The notes under the pieces are model-generated. The model worked only from the letters and a program-made list of their open reading frames with translations, had not been told where the DNA came from and did not search any database. This document shows, piece by piece, positions 1 to 14,263 of a stretch of DNA of 64,000 bases; within the stretch, counting starts at the first letter, position 1, and every line of letters begins with the position of its first letter. Location of the stretch: assembly GCF_009914755.1 (NCBI RefSeq), contig NC_060936.1; one strand, given 5' to 3'. Source of the DNA: the human T2T-CHM13v2.0 reference genome, Homo sapiens. The position numbers were made by a program, and so were the translations under genes.

Positions 1-904
1 CCTCCCAAGGGCTTGGGTTGTTCCCCCATCCTCTCTCCACGACTCCGTCCCACCTTCCCAGTACTTAAAAGACGACGGCAGTAACCAACAATGAATGCCC
101 CAGCTCAGGAGAGCAGCTTTGTGACCGGAAGGCCACGGCTTCCAGGAGCCTGAGGAGGGAAGGTCAGCCCTGAGGAGGGAACAGCACAAGCCAGGCTCGC
201 GTGTTGACATGAAGGGTTCTCTGAGCCCAGCCTGAGCAAATACTAACACACACCGCCTGTGCTGGCTACTGTCTAGCAGCCACTGGTCCCGAAACTCCAC
301 ACAGTCAGGCCATCTCTGAAGCCGCCAACACGCACCTACTTTCTGGGCAAGAACACAAATCTGTCATTTGCACTCGTGTATTTGCAATCGGTGCGAACAC
401 TCACAGTCTCTATGCTGCATGTGGGGAACACGCAGCCATTTCAACTATGAAAAAAAAGAAGACGGCAGACAACAGTTTAAAAAAAGGAGACCAGGAGCAT
501 CATATTTCACTGAGTAAATTGACAAAAGGTCAAAAAGCTTGATCTTGGCCACTGATGTGCTTGGTCTGAAAGCTAAACTGCCACTTAAATATTCATAGGC
601 AAGCGCAGTAGCTGCAGCCTCCAGTTGCTCTGAGTCCACAGAGGAGCAAGGCTGGGGCCATTTTATGAGAAAAAACAAGCTCCCTCCCGAGCCGGGTTCT
701 GGGCAGGAGAGGACTCTGCTCCTGCAACCAGCCCGCACCCGCTGAGCCTTCGTTGCTGTGTCCTGTATCCCAGAAGAATGTGAGTGATGATCTTGCACAG
801 GGAGGCGGGTGGCAATAGACCAGGCGGAGATGCAAGTGCACAACGTGAGAAAAAATGCTGAAACTCTCGGCTCTAAACCATGCTCCTGGCATCCTCACCT
901 CACT

Positions 905-999
905 CAACCTCCCTTCCTCCACCATACCAACCTCCCTTCCTCCACCATGCCAACCTCCCTTCCTCCACCATGCCAGCCTCCCTCCCTCCACCATGCCAG
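905..999. repeat. Minisatellite, ~23-bp unit (ccaacctcccttcctccaccatg) x ~4
   Basis: Tandem units read directly from the sequence. Confidence 0.9.
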
Positions 1000-1263
1000 C
1001 ACAGGGACTCCCCGTAAATCATCTTCATCCCCCTTTGTGGAAAAGACTGAAGATCTGTATATGACAAGGTCAAGAGTGGGCTCACCCAGTGCTATCCAAG
1101 AGAAACACCGTGTCAGCCACCTGCATAACTTTACACTGTCTAGTGGTCACCTTAAAAAAAGTGGAAAGTAACAGATAAAACTAATTTTCATATTTTATTT
1201 CACTCAATGTATCCGAAATATTACCATTTCAACATGGAATGAATAATTAAAATTATTAATGTC

Positions 1264-1591
<328 letters not shown>

Positions 1592-1664
1592 TTATTTCAC
1601 TCAATATATCCAAAATATTACCATTTCAACATGGAATGAATTAATAATTAAAATTATTAATGCC

Positions 1665-1979
<315 letters not shown>

Positions 1980-1987
1980 TTACATTC

Positions 1988-2145
1988 TTTTTTTTTTTCC
2001 CGCACAGGGTCACTCTGTCACCATGGCTGGAGTACAGTGGCACAATCTCGGCTCATTGCAACCTCCACCTCTTAGGCTCAAGCAGTGCACCTGCCTCAGC
2101 CTTCCAAAGTGCTGTGATTACAGGCATGAGCCACCACGCCCAGCC
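1988..2145 (-). mobile_element. Alu monomer (FRAM-like or arm recombinant)
   Basis: Poly-T followed by a single arm; flanked by 'cattctttt' on both sides. Confidence 0.85.
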
Positions 2146-2392
2146 CATTCTTTTACTACGTCTTCAAAAATCTTAACATGACACATTTCTGTTCAGTCAA
2201 GCCACAGTTCCAGAGCTCGATGGCCACAGGTGGCTCCTGTGTCTACGAGACAGGCAGAGGGCCAGGCTAGTGCTGCACCATGCATTCAGGAAGGGAGCAG
2301 GTGCTGACATAAAACATCGGGGAGACCTCCAGGAAGCAAGAACACCGCCCATAGCTCTTGGGTTTGGTAAGTGGAATGTAAATATGCCGGAA

Positions 2393-2749
2393 GGCTGGGC
2401 TCAGTGGCTCATGCCTTTAATCCCAACACTTTGGGAGGCCAAGGCCAGTGGATCACTGGAGGCCAGGAGTTTGAGACTAGCCTGGGCAACATGGTGAAAC
2501 CCCATCTCTACAAAAAATACAAAAATTAGCTAGGCGGTCCATGCCTGTAGTCCCAGCTACTCAGGGGGCACAGGTGGGAGGATCACCTGAGCCTGGGAGG
2601 CAGAGGTTGCAGTGATACTCAGGGGACTCAGGTGGGAGGATCACCTGAACCTGGGAGGCAGAGGTCGCAGTGAGCCACGATCACGTCGCTGCACTCCAGC
2701 CTGGGCAACAGGGCGACCTTGTCTCAAAAAAATAAAATGAATAAATAAA
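2393..2749 (+). mobile_element. AluJ with an internal 58-bp duplication
   Basis: 'ggaggccaggagtttgagactagcctgggcaac'; 2558-2615 is repeated at 2616-2673. Confidence 0.9.
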
Positions 2750-3383
2750 CAAGCCCAAAGATTTTGCCAGGAACCTCCCCTCTTCATTCTCTACCCTTCT
2801 CTCTGGAATCTCATGGGAATCTCCTCTCGGTGACTGTTCTTATTGCCACGTGAACAACGGACCAAGGAGGACGGAGGTCTCTGAGGAGGGGCAGGATTCT
2901 GGTGGGAACCGTATGAGGGGAAACTGGGAGACAGGCTTGGCCTGAAATGGGGACGTGAATATGGAGAAATCTGGACGAAGCTGGAGCCTCAGGGTTGGAA
3001 GAGTTGCGGTCTCTGGGCTGGTGAGCACAGACTCCAGCTGCCTCGAACTCTGGGGCCCATGACAGAAACTACTCTCCTGCCCCATGCTGGAGGCTGCAGG
3101 AGTGGGGCCACCCTGCCTGCGCCCCCACCCCAGGTTCGGCTCTTTGGTGGGTGAGGTGGGGGCCTTCCCTGGACCCTGTTTCTCTGATTGAGCATTTGAC
3201 GTAAAGACGCCAGAGCCCCTTGAACCCATGTGCAATTTCACATGGCGGCACACACCAGGGCTCTGAAGTATCACAGCTGGCGTTGTCACGCAGGCCACCT
3301 GCATCATGACCAGGCAGACTTGTATTCAGACACACCACCCACCTGCCCTCTACAAGCCCCATGATGTTGAAAATGACATAATT

Positions 3384-3506
3384 GGCCCAGCACGATGGCT
3401 CACGCCTGTAATCCCAGCACTTTGGGAGGCCAAGGCAGGAGGATCACTTGAGCCCAGGAGTTCAAGACCAGCCTGGCCAACACGGCAAGACCCTGTCTCA
3501 AAAAAA
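3384..3506 (+). mobile_element. FLAM (left Alu monomer)
   Basis: Single arm ending 'ccctgtctcaaaaaaa'; 'acataat' on both flanks. Confidence 0.9.
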
Positions 3507-3559
3507 GTACATAATATCTCAGATTCTCAATTTTCTTACCTTAAAACCAGAATAACTGC

Positions 3560-4195
3560 CGCGGTGGACAGCTGCCATTCGCAGTCTGTATTCCAGCAGC
3601 CATGCCTCCTCTTGGTGGCAAGGTCACCTAGCTTTCCTTGTGGACTAATCTATTGTTCCTCAACTGAGTCCAGGTGATCTGGGTGCCCCTGCTGCTTAGG
3701 GTCAGTCATGTGACCACACCTTAGCCAATCGGAGGGTATCATTCTCCTGGGCACAGTGATTGGCTCAGGGCTAGACAGGTGAGCTGAGCTGGTAATTAAC
3801 TAGTAATTAACTAGCCTCGGCATTATTGTGAGAGTTGTACAAAAAGGCTCCTTTCCATGGCCCTCTAGCCCAGAAGCATGTGAGCCATTGGCTGAGAAGT
3901 GCAGAGAGACCAAGAATCTACACACAGTATTTGAGCTCCTAAACCATTACTGGTCATATGACCCCTTTGCACAAACTAAAAAGGGGTGCTGACCGCTGAC
4001 AACTGTCTAGTGAGGTGAGCAAATCTGCAGTGCTGTGGTGTGTGTAGCAGGCGTTAGCATCCGATGTGGCATAAAGCTTACGTAACTACACGCATAGACC
4101 CTATCAGTGCCCAGCCTCTGACAGGTCAGTCTCACTAATAAATTCCCCTCTCTGCTTAAGCACAGTTTGGGTTAGAGTTTTGGTAACTGATGAGT
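3560..4195 (+). mobile_element. Old MaLR LTR (MLT1K/L-like), interrupted
   Basis: 'tgtgacc...gccaatc...cacagtgattggctcaggg' and 3' 'aataaattcccctctctgcttaag'. Confidence 0.5.
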
Positions 4196-4835
4196 CAGAG
4201 CTGATGCAATAACTACAGTCAGTGAAGATAAAATGAAGCCACCTAGATAAAAACCCAAGCCTCGCACCTGCAGAGTAGCCCCTTCATGAGTATGCATCTC
4301 TGTTCCCGGTCACGATTGTGGAAATGAAGGTTCCAGAACTCTGAAAGTCTGGACTGTGTTCCCTCTTCTCTGCACTATTTCTGTATGTGTCACATGAGCA
4401 AGACCCTTAGGAGCTCCGAGTCTCAGCTGTGCAGGACTGAAATCACCTGGGCTTACCTACTTGGAGGGAATGGGGCTGCACTAGGTGCTTCTGCAGGCTG
4501 CAGCTGGCCCCACGCCCCAGCAGGGGTCACACGGACTCCATTGCCCTGAGCACTCCCTCCCAGGTGCATTCATTCCCGCTCATCACACAAGACCTGGATT
4601 CTCTCCTCGGTCCCTCCAACAAATTCCCTAAATTTCACCCTCAATCCAGCCAGTAGCTGACCCGTCACGCTCTGGGGAGAGGTCAGTCTGGGGCACTTCT
4701 CGCCAATGTGAAGGGTGCATGAGGGCTTGCACAGTTCGAGTCTCGCGTCTCCTCCTTGGCCAGGCTTCCTGCTTATGTTTCCTAGGCCAGCCAGTTTCAG
4801 CACCAAGCCACCTGGGAAGCTTTTAGGAATCTGGA

Positions 4836-5422
<587 letters not shown>

Positions 5423-6797
5423 GAATCTGGATGTCCCAGCTGTTCCATAGGATAATTAACCAGAATCTCTGTGGGTGGGAAAGAAGGCACCTGGATATTT
5501 TTAAACCATCCCAGGTGGTTCCCACGTGCGGCCAAGTTTGGCTCTAACACCTTCAACCAGCAGGTTCTGCAGGCAGGAGGGGCCGGCTGGGTTATTTTTG
5601 CCAAGTGTCAAGAGGATAACAGGGTGGAGGGAGGGCTGGGATGACTGATGGTCAGAGGTCAAGTATCTGCCACCTTCCTCCCCTCCTGCTCCACCCCCTC
5701 AGAAGTTGCTGTCAACCATCCTAAAGACAGAGAGGAGACAGCCCTGTCCATGTGCCCTGAGACAGCCTGGGAGGGGGCCAGGCACCTGTTGACAGAATTT
5801 CTGGCCTTTCATGGATTCAAATCCACATGTCTGGCCAAAGAATAAAATAGTGATTTCAACTAGGCAAGTTCAGCAGCAGACAGAAAGCTTTTATTTCTTA
5901 AAATTGCCTTTTTTTGCACTGAAAACAGGAAGAAACACAACTAAGAGTAAAAATTAGGTTTATAAAAGTACAAAGTGCCAGAAACATAAATAGATGACTC
6001 ACCAAAAAGATATTAAAATGCCACTCAAAAAATGAAAAGATGTTCAACTTCACCTGTAAGAAGAGAAATGCAAATGAAAACTACACTGAGATACTCTCAA
6101 ACTGGCAAGTTACCCAGCCTAGCAGCACCGTGACATGGGTGTCCCCAGACACCTCTGAGTGGGGTAGGAGTCAGAACGGAACTTCCCGCTGGGTACTTTA
6201 ACGAAGTTTTGGGTTCACTGGCTTCCTGACTGGCAACCCTGCTTCTAGGAATTTACCCTCAAGACAATATAAAAATGGCCTTTAAAGATATGCAAATACA
6301 TATGCACAGGTTATTCCATACCGGTTTGTTAATAATTGTGAAATACCAGAAACAGCCTAAATGCTCACACATAGGAGGCAGGTTGAATAAGCGCTGTCTT
6401 CACACAGCGAAGAACTGTGCAGGACCTGAGGAGGGGAGATCTCTGTGAAGCATTGTGGAGCAATTTCCAGGCTATATTGTGGGTTTTTAAAAAAATCTAT
6501 TGTTTTAATTGACAAAAAGAATTGTGTATATATGTATTGTATATCTATAGTAACCCCTAGGCTCAAAAAAATAAAAATAAAAAAGAAGTGTCAACAAATA
6601 CTGAACCCCACTTGGTAAAGTCTTTTCCCCTAGGATTAAGCAGATAAATATGTATGTTGCCTAAAATAGAATCCAGGTTTCTCAGTCTCAGAGGAGGGAG
6701 TTGAAATACAGAAAGAGGAGAGGCTGGAATAAAACATGTGCGGTTAAACTGGATTTGAAAGCATCAAATAGAGATAACTTGGAAATAGACACAGAAA

Positions 6798-7015
6798 TAC
6801 ACACACACATGCACACACATATGCACGTGCATGCACGCACACGCATGCACGCACACACACGCACGCACGCACGCACGCACACGCACGCACACGCACGCAC
6901 ACACGCACACGCACGCACGCACACGCACACACACGCACGCACGCACACACACGTGCATGCACACACACACATGCACGCACACACACACGCACACGCACGC
7001 ACACGCATCACACAC
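6798..7015. repeat. Complex (CA)n/(CACG)n alternating purine-pyrimidine tract
   Basis: About 215 bp of cacacg/cacgca units. Confidence 0.95.
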
Positions 7016-7572
7016 TCCCCATCCTGGCTCTGTCGACTACAGGACCTGGAGGTCATGACACTTCGGCTGTCATGAGCACTCCTCACACCCAGATCTTGAT
7101 TTCTAAATATCACTCGCCACCCAGAGAAGCACGGGCTCCTTCAGGAAGGGGCTAACTCTACAGCTATGTCAGAGAAAGTATAGGTTGATCCTACAGCATC
7201 TCATTTCATAGAAAGTAAAGAGGGACTCAGAAATGACAGCCACGTGTCCAAAAGACATGGGAACCAGCTTTGAAGGAGCTCCCGCTGACCTTTCAATTTC
7301 AGCTTTAAAATAATGGCAATAAATTTAACCTTGGAATAAAATAAGAATCCATCAGTCCATACTGATATAAATGAACATAAATAAAGGGGGGCGGGGCAGG
7401 GAAGGCTTTCCTGCCAAGGATGGGCCCATTCACAGAGGCCGGAGGGACAACAGGAAAACTGCCCCTTGTACTAATCAATCAACCGGAACAGCGAGCCGTC
7501 TGGACCAGAGCCGCCCTCAGCAGGTGTGAGCAGCATGCTGGAGTCCGACGAGGAACCAGAGTCTCCACTCAC

Positions 7573-7628
7573 TCACCAAACCCTACCACAACTCCTGGCT
7601 TCACCAAACCCTACCACAACTCCTGGCT
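7573..7628. repeat. Perfect 28-bp tandem duplication
   Basis: tcaccaaaccctaccacaactcctggct x2. Confidence 0.95.
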
Positions 7629-7780
7629 ACGTGAAGAGGGGGCCCTGGGAATTTCACAGGAGAGCAATTCAACCATGTGATCAAGTTAACATCCCCAGTA
7701 ACATGACATCCTGAAATCACGTGTTTCCTGATGCCATGCTCGGAGATGGAGGCAAATTCCTGAAAAAACACAACACCCCA

Positions 7781-8083
7781 GCTCATGCCTGTAATCCCAG
7801 CACTTTGGGAGGCCGAGGTGGGTGGATCACTTGAGCTCAAGAGTTCAAGACCAGCCCGAGCAACATGGTGAAATCCCATCCCTACTAAAAATACAAAATT
7901 TAGCCAGGCACAGTGGAGTGCACCTGTAGTCACAGCTACTTGGGAGGCTGAGGCAGGAGAATCACTCGAACCCGGGAGGCAGAGGTTGAATTGAGCTGAG
8001 ATCGTACCACAGCGAGCCGAGATCACACCACTGCACTCCAGCCTGGGTGACAGGGCGAGACCCTGCCTCAAAACAAACAAAAA
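7781..8083 (+). mobile_element. Alu (S/J), slightly 5'-truncated
   Basis: Dimer with (AAAC) tail; small internal duplication near 7993-8033. Confidence 0.9.
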
Positions 8084-9165
8084 CACCCGAATCTAATTGT
8101 GAGGAAACATCAGACAAACCCTCCGTGAGGAACCTTCTGTAAAACTACTGTCCTTCACTCTTCAAAAATGGTCCAAGGGAAGAAAGACAAGGAAACATTA
8201 CAGGTTAAAGGGGATTAACTGGACGCCACCAGTAAAAGTAGTACCTGGTATTGGATTGGATCCTGGACCAGAAACACACACACACACACACAGCTCTAAA
8301 GGACCTTATGGGGCAACTGAGACCATCTGACTGCAGACCCATCACGATACTGCAGCCATGTTACACTTCCCCCTCTTGATTATTTCCTGTGGTTTTGTAA
8401 GGAATGTTCCTGCTCTTCGGAAATGCATGCTGGGGCACGTATGGGGTGAAGGGAGTATCACATCTGGAACTCACTCTCAAACACCATTTGCCTCATCCTC
8501 TCTCCCTCTTTTTCTGAATCATCTGACAGCAACTTGTAGATAAGAGAGAAAGACAAAGCTAACAGGACCCAAGGCTGGCAGTGAGTGGATCCTCAGGGGA
8601 GGTGTATGGGTTCTATCTCTGCACATTTTTTTGGTAAGTGTGAAATTATAGCAAAATTAAAAGCTACCAAAAAAGATCCCCCTTCTTTCTAAAATTAATA
8701 CTAAAGGGCCTAAAACAAATGAACACAGAAGCACACCTGGGAAGTTGTTATTTTATCGGAACTATGCAAGGGATATGGAAGCAGCAAGTGTGCAAGAAGA
8801 GAGAGTCTAAAACATGGCACACCCCTCGCTTCTAAGGGGCTTGGCACAGGTCACCAAACCCTGGAGGACTCTCTGTTTACCCACCAATGCCACTGATGAG
8901 CCACTCTGCAATACAACGGCACCAAGCAGTATTGTCTTCCTTTATCCTAATGCTCAAAAAACTGCATATATTGCTAAAGGCAGGACTGCCTTTGCAAGAC
9001 AAAGTTTCAGTCCAAGATACCAAATTGTGAATCACACTCAATGCACCCCAGTTTCACTATCGCCTGCTGTGAGCTCAATCCTGTGTCCTACAAAGGAGAG
9101 GTGGTAACTATCCCCCATACCCAACACAGATCCTGGCACATAGAGATCAGTCAATAATGTTTACC

Positions 9166-9740
9166 AAAGGAAGGGAGGGAGGGGAGGGATGGAGGAAAGA
9201 GGGAAGGACAAGGGAATGAGGAGGAAGGGAGAAGGGGAGGAAGGGAGAAGGGAAGAAGAGGGGAAGGAGGGAAGGAGTGAGGGAGGGAAGGAAGGAGAGA
9301 GGGAAGAAGGGAGGGATGGAGGGAGGAAGGGAGGGAGGAAGAGATGGAAGAAGGGAGGGAGGGAGAGAATGGAGGGAGGAAAGGAGGGAGGGAGAGAAGG
9401 AAGAAGGGAAGGAAGGAGAGAACGAAAGGGAGGGAGAAAGAGAGGGAGGGAAAGAAGGAAAAAAGGGAGGGAGGAAAGGAGGGAGAGAGGGAAGGAAGAA
9501 GGGAGGGACAGAGGGAGGAAGGGAAGGAGGAAGGGAGGGAGGGAGAGAAAGAAGAAGAGGGAGGAAGGGAGGGAGGGAGTGAAAGAAGGGTGGGAGGGAG
9601 GGAGGAAGAGAGGGAGGGAGAAAAGGAAGAAGGGAGGGAGGGAGGAAGGGAGGAGGCAAGGAGTGAGGGAGGGAGTGAGGGAGGGAAGGAAGGAGAGAGG
9701 AAGAAAGGAAGGCAGGAAGGAGGGAGGGAGAAGAGAGAGA
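9166..9740. repeat. GA-rich polypurine low-complexity tract
   Basis: About 570 bp almost entirely G/A (ggga/ggaa units). Confidence 0.97.
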
Positions 9741-10069
9741 CAACATCCCTGTCTTTCAGGGGAGAAAAGAGACTTGACAGTTTCCTGCCCCAGCTGGAAA
9801 CAGATGGCTCACTTAAACTGGATAATTTGAAGAGCGTGAATAGAGGAATTGTTTACAGAGTTGTCACAGGATACAGGAATCAAAAAGACAGTGATGTTTC
9901 CACAGGCTGGCAAAATCTGGAAGCCCACCCTTGTGAGAAGAGAGAAGGTATGAAGCGGCATGGGAGGAGAGCAATGTGGGGCAGGCGCTGTGGGTTTGGG
10001 GAAAGGGATGAAGCTTCCAGCAGGGAGGAAACAGCCACCACCCTGCTTCCTTCCAGCCAGGACCCCTGG

Positions 10070-10690
10070 TGAGGGGATCATGCTGAGCCCCTACACAGCT
10101 GCAGGCGGAGGACTGGTCGTGAAGGAAAGGTGGACCTTGTGATTAGAGGTTTGGGGCTTGGAGCCAGGTGATATCAGCCTGACCCCCAGGGAGGGCGGGG
10201 GCTGGAGCTGGAGTTTGATCACCTGGCAATGACTCCCATCAATCACACCCATGGAATGAAGCCCCAGTAAGAACTCTGGCCACCGAGGCTCAAGGAGCTT
10301 CCTTGCCAGTGATAGATGGGGGTGGTGCCGTGTCCTGAGGATATGGAAACTTCACATTTGGGACCCTCCCTCAGACCTGGCCTTGTGTGTCTCTTGACTT
10401 GTGTCCTTTATGACAAATCTGTAATAAGTATAGCACTTTGCTGAGTTCCCTGAGCCATTTTAGGGAATTTTCAAACCTGAGGGGGTTGTGGGAATTCCTC
10501 AGGTTTGCACCCAGTTGTTCAGAAGCACAAGTGGCCCGAAACCGCTGCAATCCCTGAAACCACCTCCCTGGAGCTTGTAACTGGTGTCTGCAGTGTGGGG
10601 GCCTCAGGTGGACCATGCCCTTAACCTGCGAAACCCGACCCAATGCTGAGGAATGAGTGTCACAATAGCATTGAGAGCAAGTTCAAAGCG
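10070..10690 (+). mobile_element. MER21-family LTR
   Basis: 'gagtttgatcacctggcaatgac...aatcacaccc...gggaccctccctcagacctggcc...ctgagttccctgagccattttag...aacctgagggggttgtggga'. Confidence 0.75.
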
Positions 10691-10974
10691 AAGGTGACGG
10701 TAAGAACACTCGATAACATTTTAGTGCTTCCAACATACGGGGTCCTGACCCCAGGAACTACTCAGCCCCACAAACAGCCTGTATGGCAGGGCAGCCTCAA
10801 TGTCCTAATTTTACAGATACAGGGCCTGTGGCTGAGAGATATGGACCTGGGACGGGAGGCTGCACAGAACGTCTGCAGAGTGCACAGAAGAAACATCGGG
10901 CAGCCTGCGCGCCTCCTGCACCTGAGGAGCTGCGAGGGCAATGGAGGCAGCATGTGTGGGATGAGATGGTCAGA

Positions 10975-11570
10975 TGGTCAGATCCTGGGGTCCAGGTCCA
11001 GCCCATGCTGAGGTCTGAGGGGAGTGGGTGGATGAGCAGAAAGAACACTCGGGGGCCATAGGCAGGTGAAATGGTTTTATTCAGCAGCAGCTCTCATTAA
11101 CAGCTTTCTCACACTGGCTCTTTACACCACCTGCCCAGTCTCGGCTGCTTGAGCCGGTGGCTCCCACAAGCAGCTGCACGGCCGGCTCTCCCCTGCCCTC
11201 AGGGTTAGCAGCTTAACTCTTTCTCTCTCTGGGCACAGCACAAGCTGTGCCATGCCATGCCGTGCCATGCCAAGCTATGCCCTGGCTCCCCAGATGGACA
11301 GCTCTGGTTCTCTCTCTCTTTCTCTGGGTGCCAGTGCACCCTCCATGTTAAGCCAAGTTGAGCCAAGCCAAGCCCCGAGAGCCCCTGTACAGCGTTAGCA
11401 GGGCAATTATACCTTTTGCAGACAACAGTGGCTCAGAGCCATGTATGAACTTAAACAAACAGGTTATATAACACGTGGAGGTGTGCGCCTGCGTGCCGAA
11501 CTCACTGAGTCACTCTGGCCAGACATGTGCCTCGACCTATCCTTAACCAAACACATCCATGTATCTTACA
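10975..11570 (-). mobile_element. LTR18-family solo LTR
   Basis: Reverse complement begins TGTAAGATACATGGATGTG..TGGTTAAGGATAGG; 'ttttattcagcagcagctctc' carries the polyA signal. Confidence 0.8.
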
Positions 11571-11816
11571 GAGACCAGCGGGAAGAGAATTCTGCACAGG
11601 GAACAGCCCAAACCAGGGCACAGGGGTGAGAGGGGACACGGGACTGTGGTGAGACAGACATGGCTGGAGCAGCAGGACTCACGCCTGGGCTGGTGGGGCA
11701 GTGTTCACGGCACAGCATGCAAATAGCACGTGCTTGATAACTATGTAATAAATAGGCTAAAAACTGGAATAGTAGCTTGCACTAACAAGATAAGACCCAA
11801 GGGAAGACACATCAGA

Positions 11817-12197
11817 TGATATGGCTGGGCTCTGTGTCTCCACCCAAATCTCATCTTGTATTGTAATCCCCATAATGCCCACGTGTCCAGGGAGGGACCA
11901 GGTGGGAGGTGATTGCACCACGGGGCGGTTTCCCCGTGCTGTTCTCGCGAGAGTGAGGAAGTTCTCACGAGATCTGGTGGTTTTATAAGGGGCTCTTCCC
12001 CTTTCACAGCTCACTCTTCTCTCTCCTGCCACCCTGTGAGAAGGTCAAGCTTGCTTCCCCTTCACCTTCCGCCATGGTTGTAAGTTTCCTGAGGCCTCCC
12101 CAGCCATGTGGAACTGTGAGCCAATTCAACCTCTTTCCTTTATAGATTACCTGGTCTTGGGTATGTCTTCATTGCAGTGTGAGAACGGACGAACACA
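11817..12197 (+). mobile_element. THE1D/MSTA MaLR solo LTR
   Basis: 'tgatatggctgggctctgtgtctccacccaaatctcatcttg...tttcctgaggcctccccagccatgtggaactgtgag...gaacggacgaacaca'. Confidence 0.9.
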
Positions 12198-12348
12198 CTA
12201 GGAATGCAGGAGCTCTTTCCTAGTGCCTGTGGTCAGAATACCCTTTCCGAGTGTGCCAGGATTCTTCTCTCTAAGCAGTGTAGCCACTGACGGTGAAAAC
12301 CACCCAAGAAGTAACAAGCACCGTCTTCAAGTGTCCGTACTTGGGATC

Positions 12349-12790
12349 TGTGGTGGGTTGAAGGCCGGGGCTCAGTAACACACATTTAGGCCTTTTTCCA
12401 CAGAACCTAAGAATGTCGCCTTATTTGGAAAAGAAGCTTTGCAGATATAATTAAATTAGGGATCTTGAGATGAGGAGAGCATCCTGGATTATGCAGGTGG
12501 GCCCCGAATCCAATGACTGCTGTTTTTATAAAAGACTCACAGAGGAGCACACAGACACACAGAAGAGGAGAGGGTAATGTGACCCCGGGGGCAGACACTG
12601 GAGTGATGCTGCCAGGAGCCCAGGAATGCCTACGGTTGGGAGAGACAAGGAAGAGGCCCTCCCTTGAGCTCTGGGAGGGAGCACAGCCCCGCCGACACCA
12701 TGATCCCGGCCCCAGGACCTCAGACTTCCGATCTCCAGAACTGAAGTTTTAGGACTCTATATTTATGGTGATTTCTTACTGATGGACGTT
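12349..12790 (+). mobile_element. MLT1 (C/D-like) LTR
   Basis: 'gaatgtcgccttatttggaaaag...tttgcagatataattaa...ttgagatgaggag...atcctggattat'. Confidence 0.8.
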
Positions 12791-13180
12791 CTAGGAAGGC
12801 ATGGAGAAGCGGATCTTCCCGGCAGCCACCAGCGTGTGAGCATTTTGCCTCGGGAAACTAGAGGGCAGTAGTCATGTGGGTTCTCATGAACACGCCAGCC
12901 CTGCTCTCTCTCCTAGCTCTGGGCCCAAGGCCTTGGTATGTGCAGCTCCCTCCAACTGAGGCACCCTTCCCCCAGGGGTTCCATGGTCAGCTCCTTAGCC
13001 GACTTTATATATATGGAGGTCTCAACATAAAGTTTACACTTGTTCAGCACCATGAAGCCGCCAGTCCGACACCCATTCCCAGTACCCTTCTCTCACACCC
13101 GCCTCCACTAGAGAGGCTGGAAAGGAGAAACGCTCACTGTCCCACCCTCCCTTGCAGCTACAGTTGTCCATGGGGCATAG

Positions 13181-13559
<379 letters not shown>

Positions 13560-13859
13560 TAGAAGGGGCTAGATGGGGCTGGTGCCACGTTTCCTACCAT
13601 GAGCACAGATGTGGTGCCTGGAGCTACAGCAACCATTTTGTGACCTTGAGGGGGCAAAAAAAATAAGAGACCCCGGCCCTGATCCAATGTCACAGCTTCC
13701 CACTTCCAGACTTCTGATCAAGTGAGAAATGAAGTCCCCCTTGTTTACGCCACCTCACTGTCAGATGCCGTCATTCCTCACTGCTCTGTTTCCTCACCCA
13801 AGAGGATGTCCCTAACATCTCTGACTTGCGTCTTTCCCTCCATCGTCTCTACCACGTTT

Positions 13860-14010
13860 CTCTGATCGATTTCCCTTATTGCACAAACTAAAATTATCTC
13901 ATTATTGACTGTCTGCCTCCTCTACGCCACCACTGGGATTTAAGCCGCATGAGAACAGGACCTTCTCCTAGTCACCAGCCTATCCCCAGTGCCTAGATGG
14001 GTACCTATGA
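13860..14010 (+). mobile_element. L2 3' end
   Basis: 'catgagaacaggacc...tcaccagcctatccccagtgcctag'. Confidence 0.6.
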
Positions 14011-14045
14011 ACACGAACCTCCCCACCCCAAAGATTTGTTCAAGC

Positions 14046-14263
14046 CAGGGTTGCTCAGTCTCAACACTGTCGAAACTGTGGGCTGCCTCATCTGTTGCAC
14101 AGGGCTTTCCTGGGCATGGAAGGATGTTTTGCAGCACCGCTGGCTTCTACCAACCAGAGGCCAGCAGCACGTCCCCACCCCCACCCCAGCTGTGATAACC
14201 AATAACTTCTCCAGACATTACCAATAGTCCCTGGGGGCAAAATCATCCGGTTGAGAACCGCTG
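14046..14263 (+). mobile_element. MER20 DNA transposon, full length
   Basis: 'cagggttgctcag...tccagacattacca..gtccctgggggcaaaatcatccggttgagaaccgctg'. Confidence 0.88.

Larger units (their letters stand above)
5990..8675 (+). mobile_element. Old L1M (L1MC/ME-type) ORF2 end and 3' UTR fragments
   Basis: 'aaaagatgttcaacttcac...gagaaatgcaaatgaaaactacactgagatac' followed by L1MC-like 3' UTR motifs. Confidence 0.65.

Noticed and set aside
6688-7113. His/Thr/Ala- and Cys/Val-rich ORFs
   Set aside because: Translations of the (CA/CG)n repeat.
9147-10072. Long G/R/E/K-rich and P/S/L-rich ORFs
   Set aside because: Artefacts of a stop-free polypurine tract.
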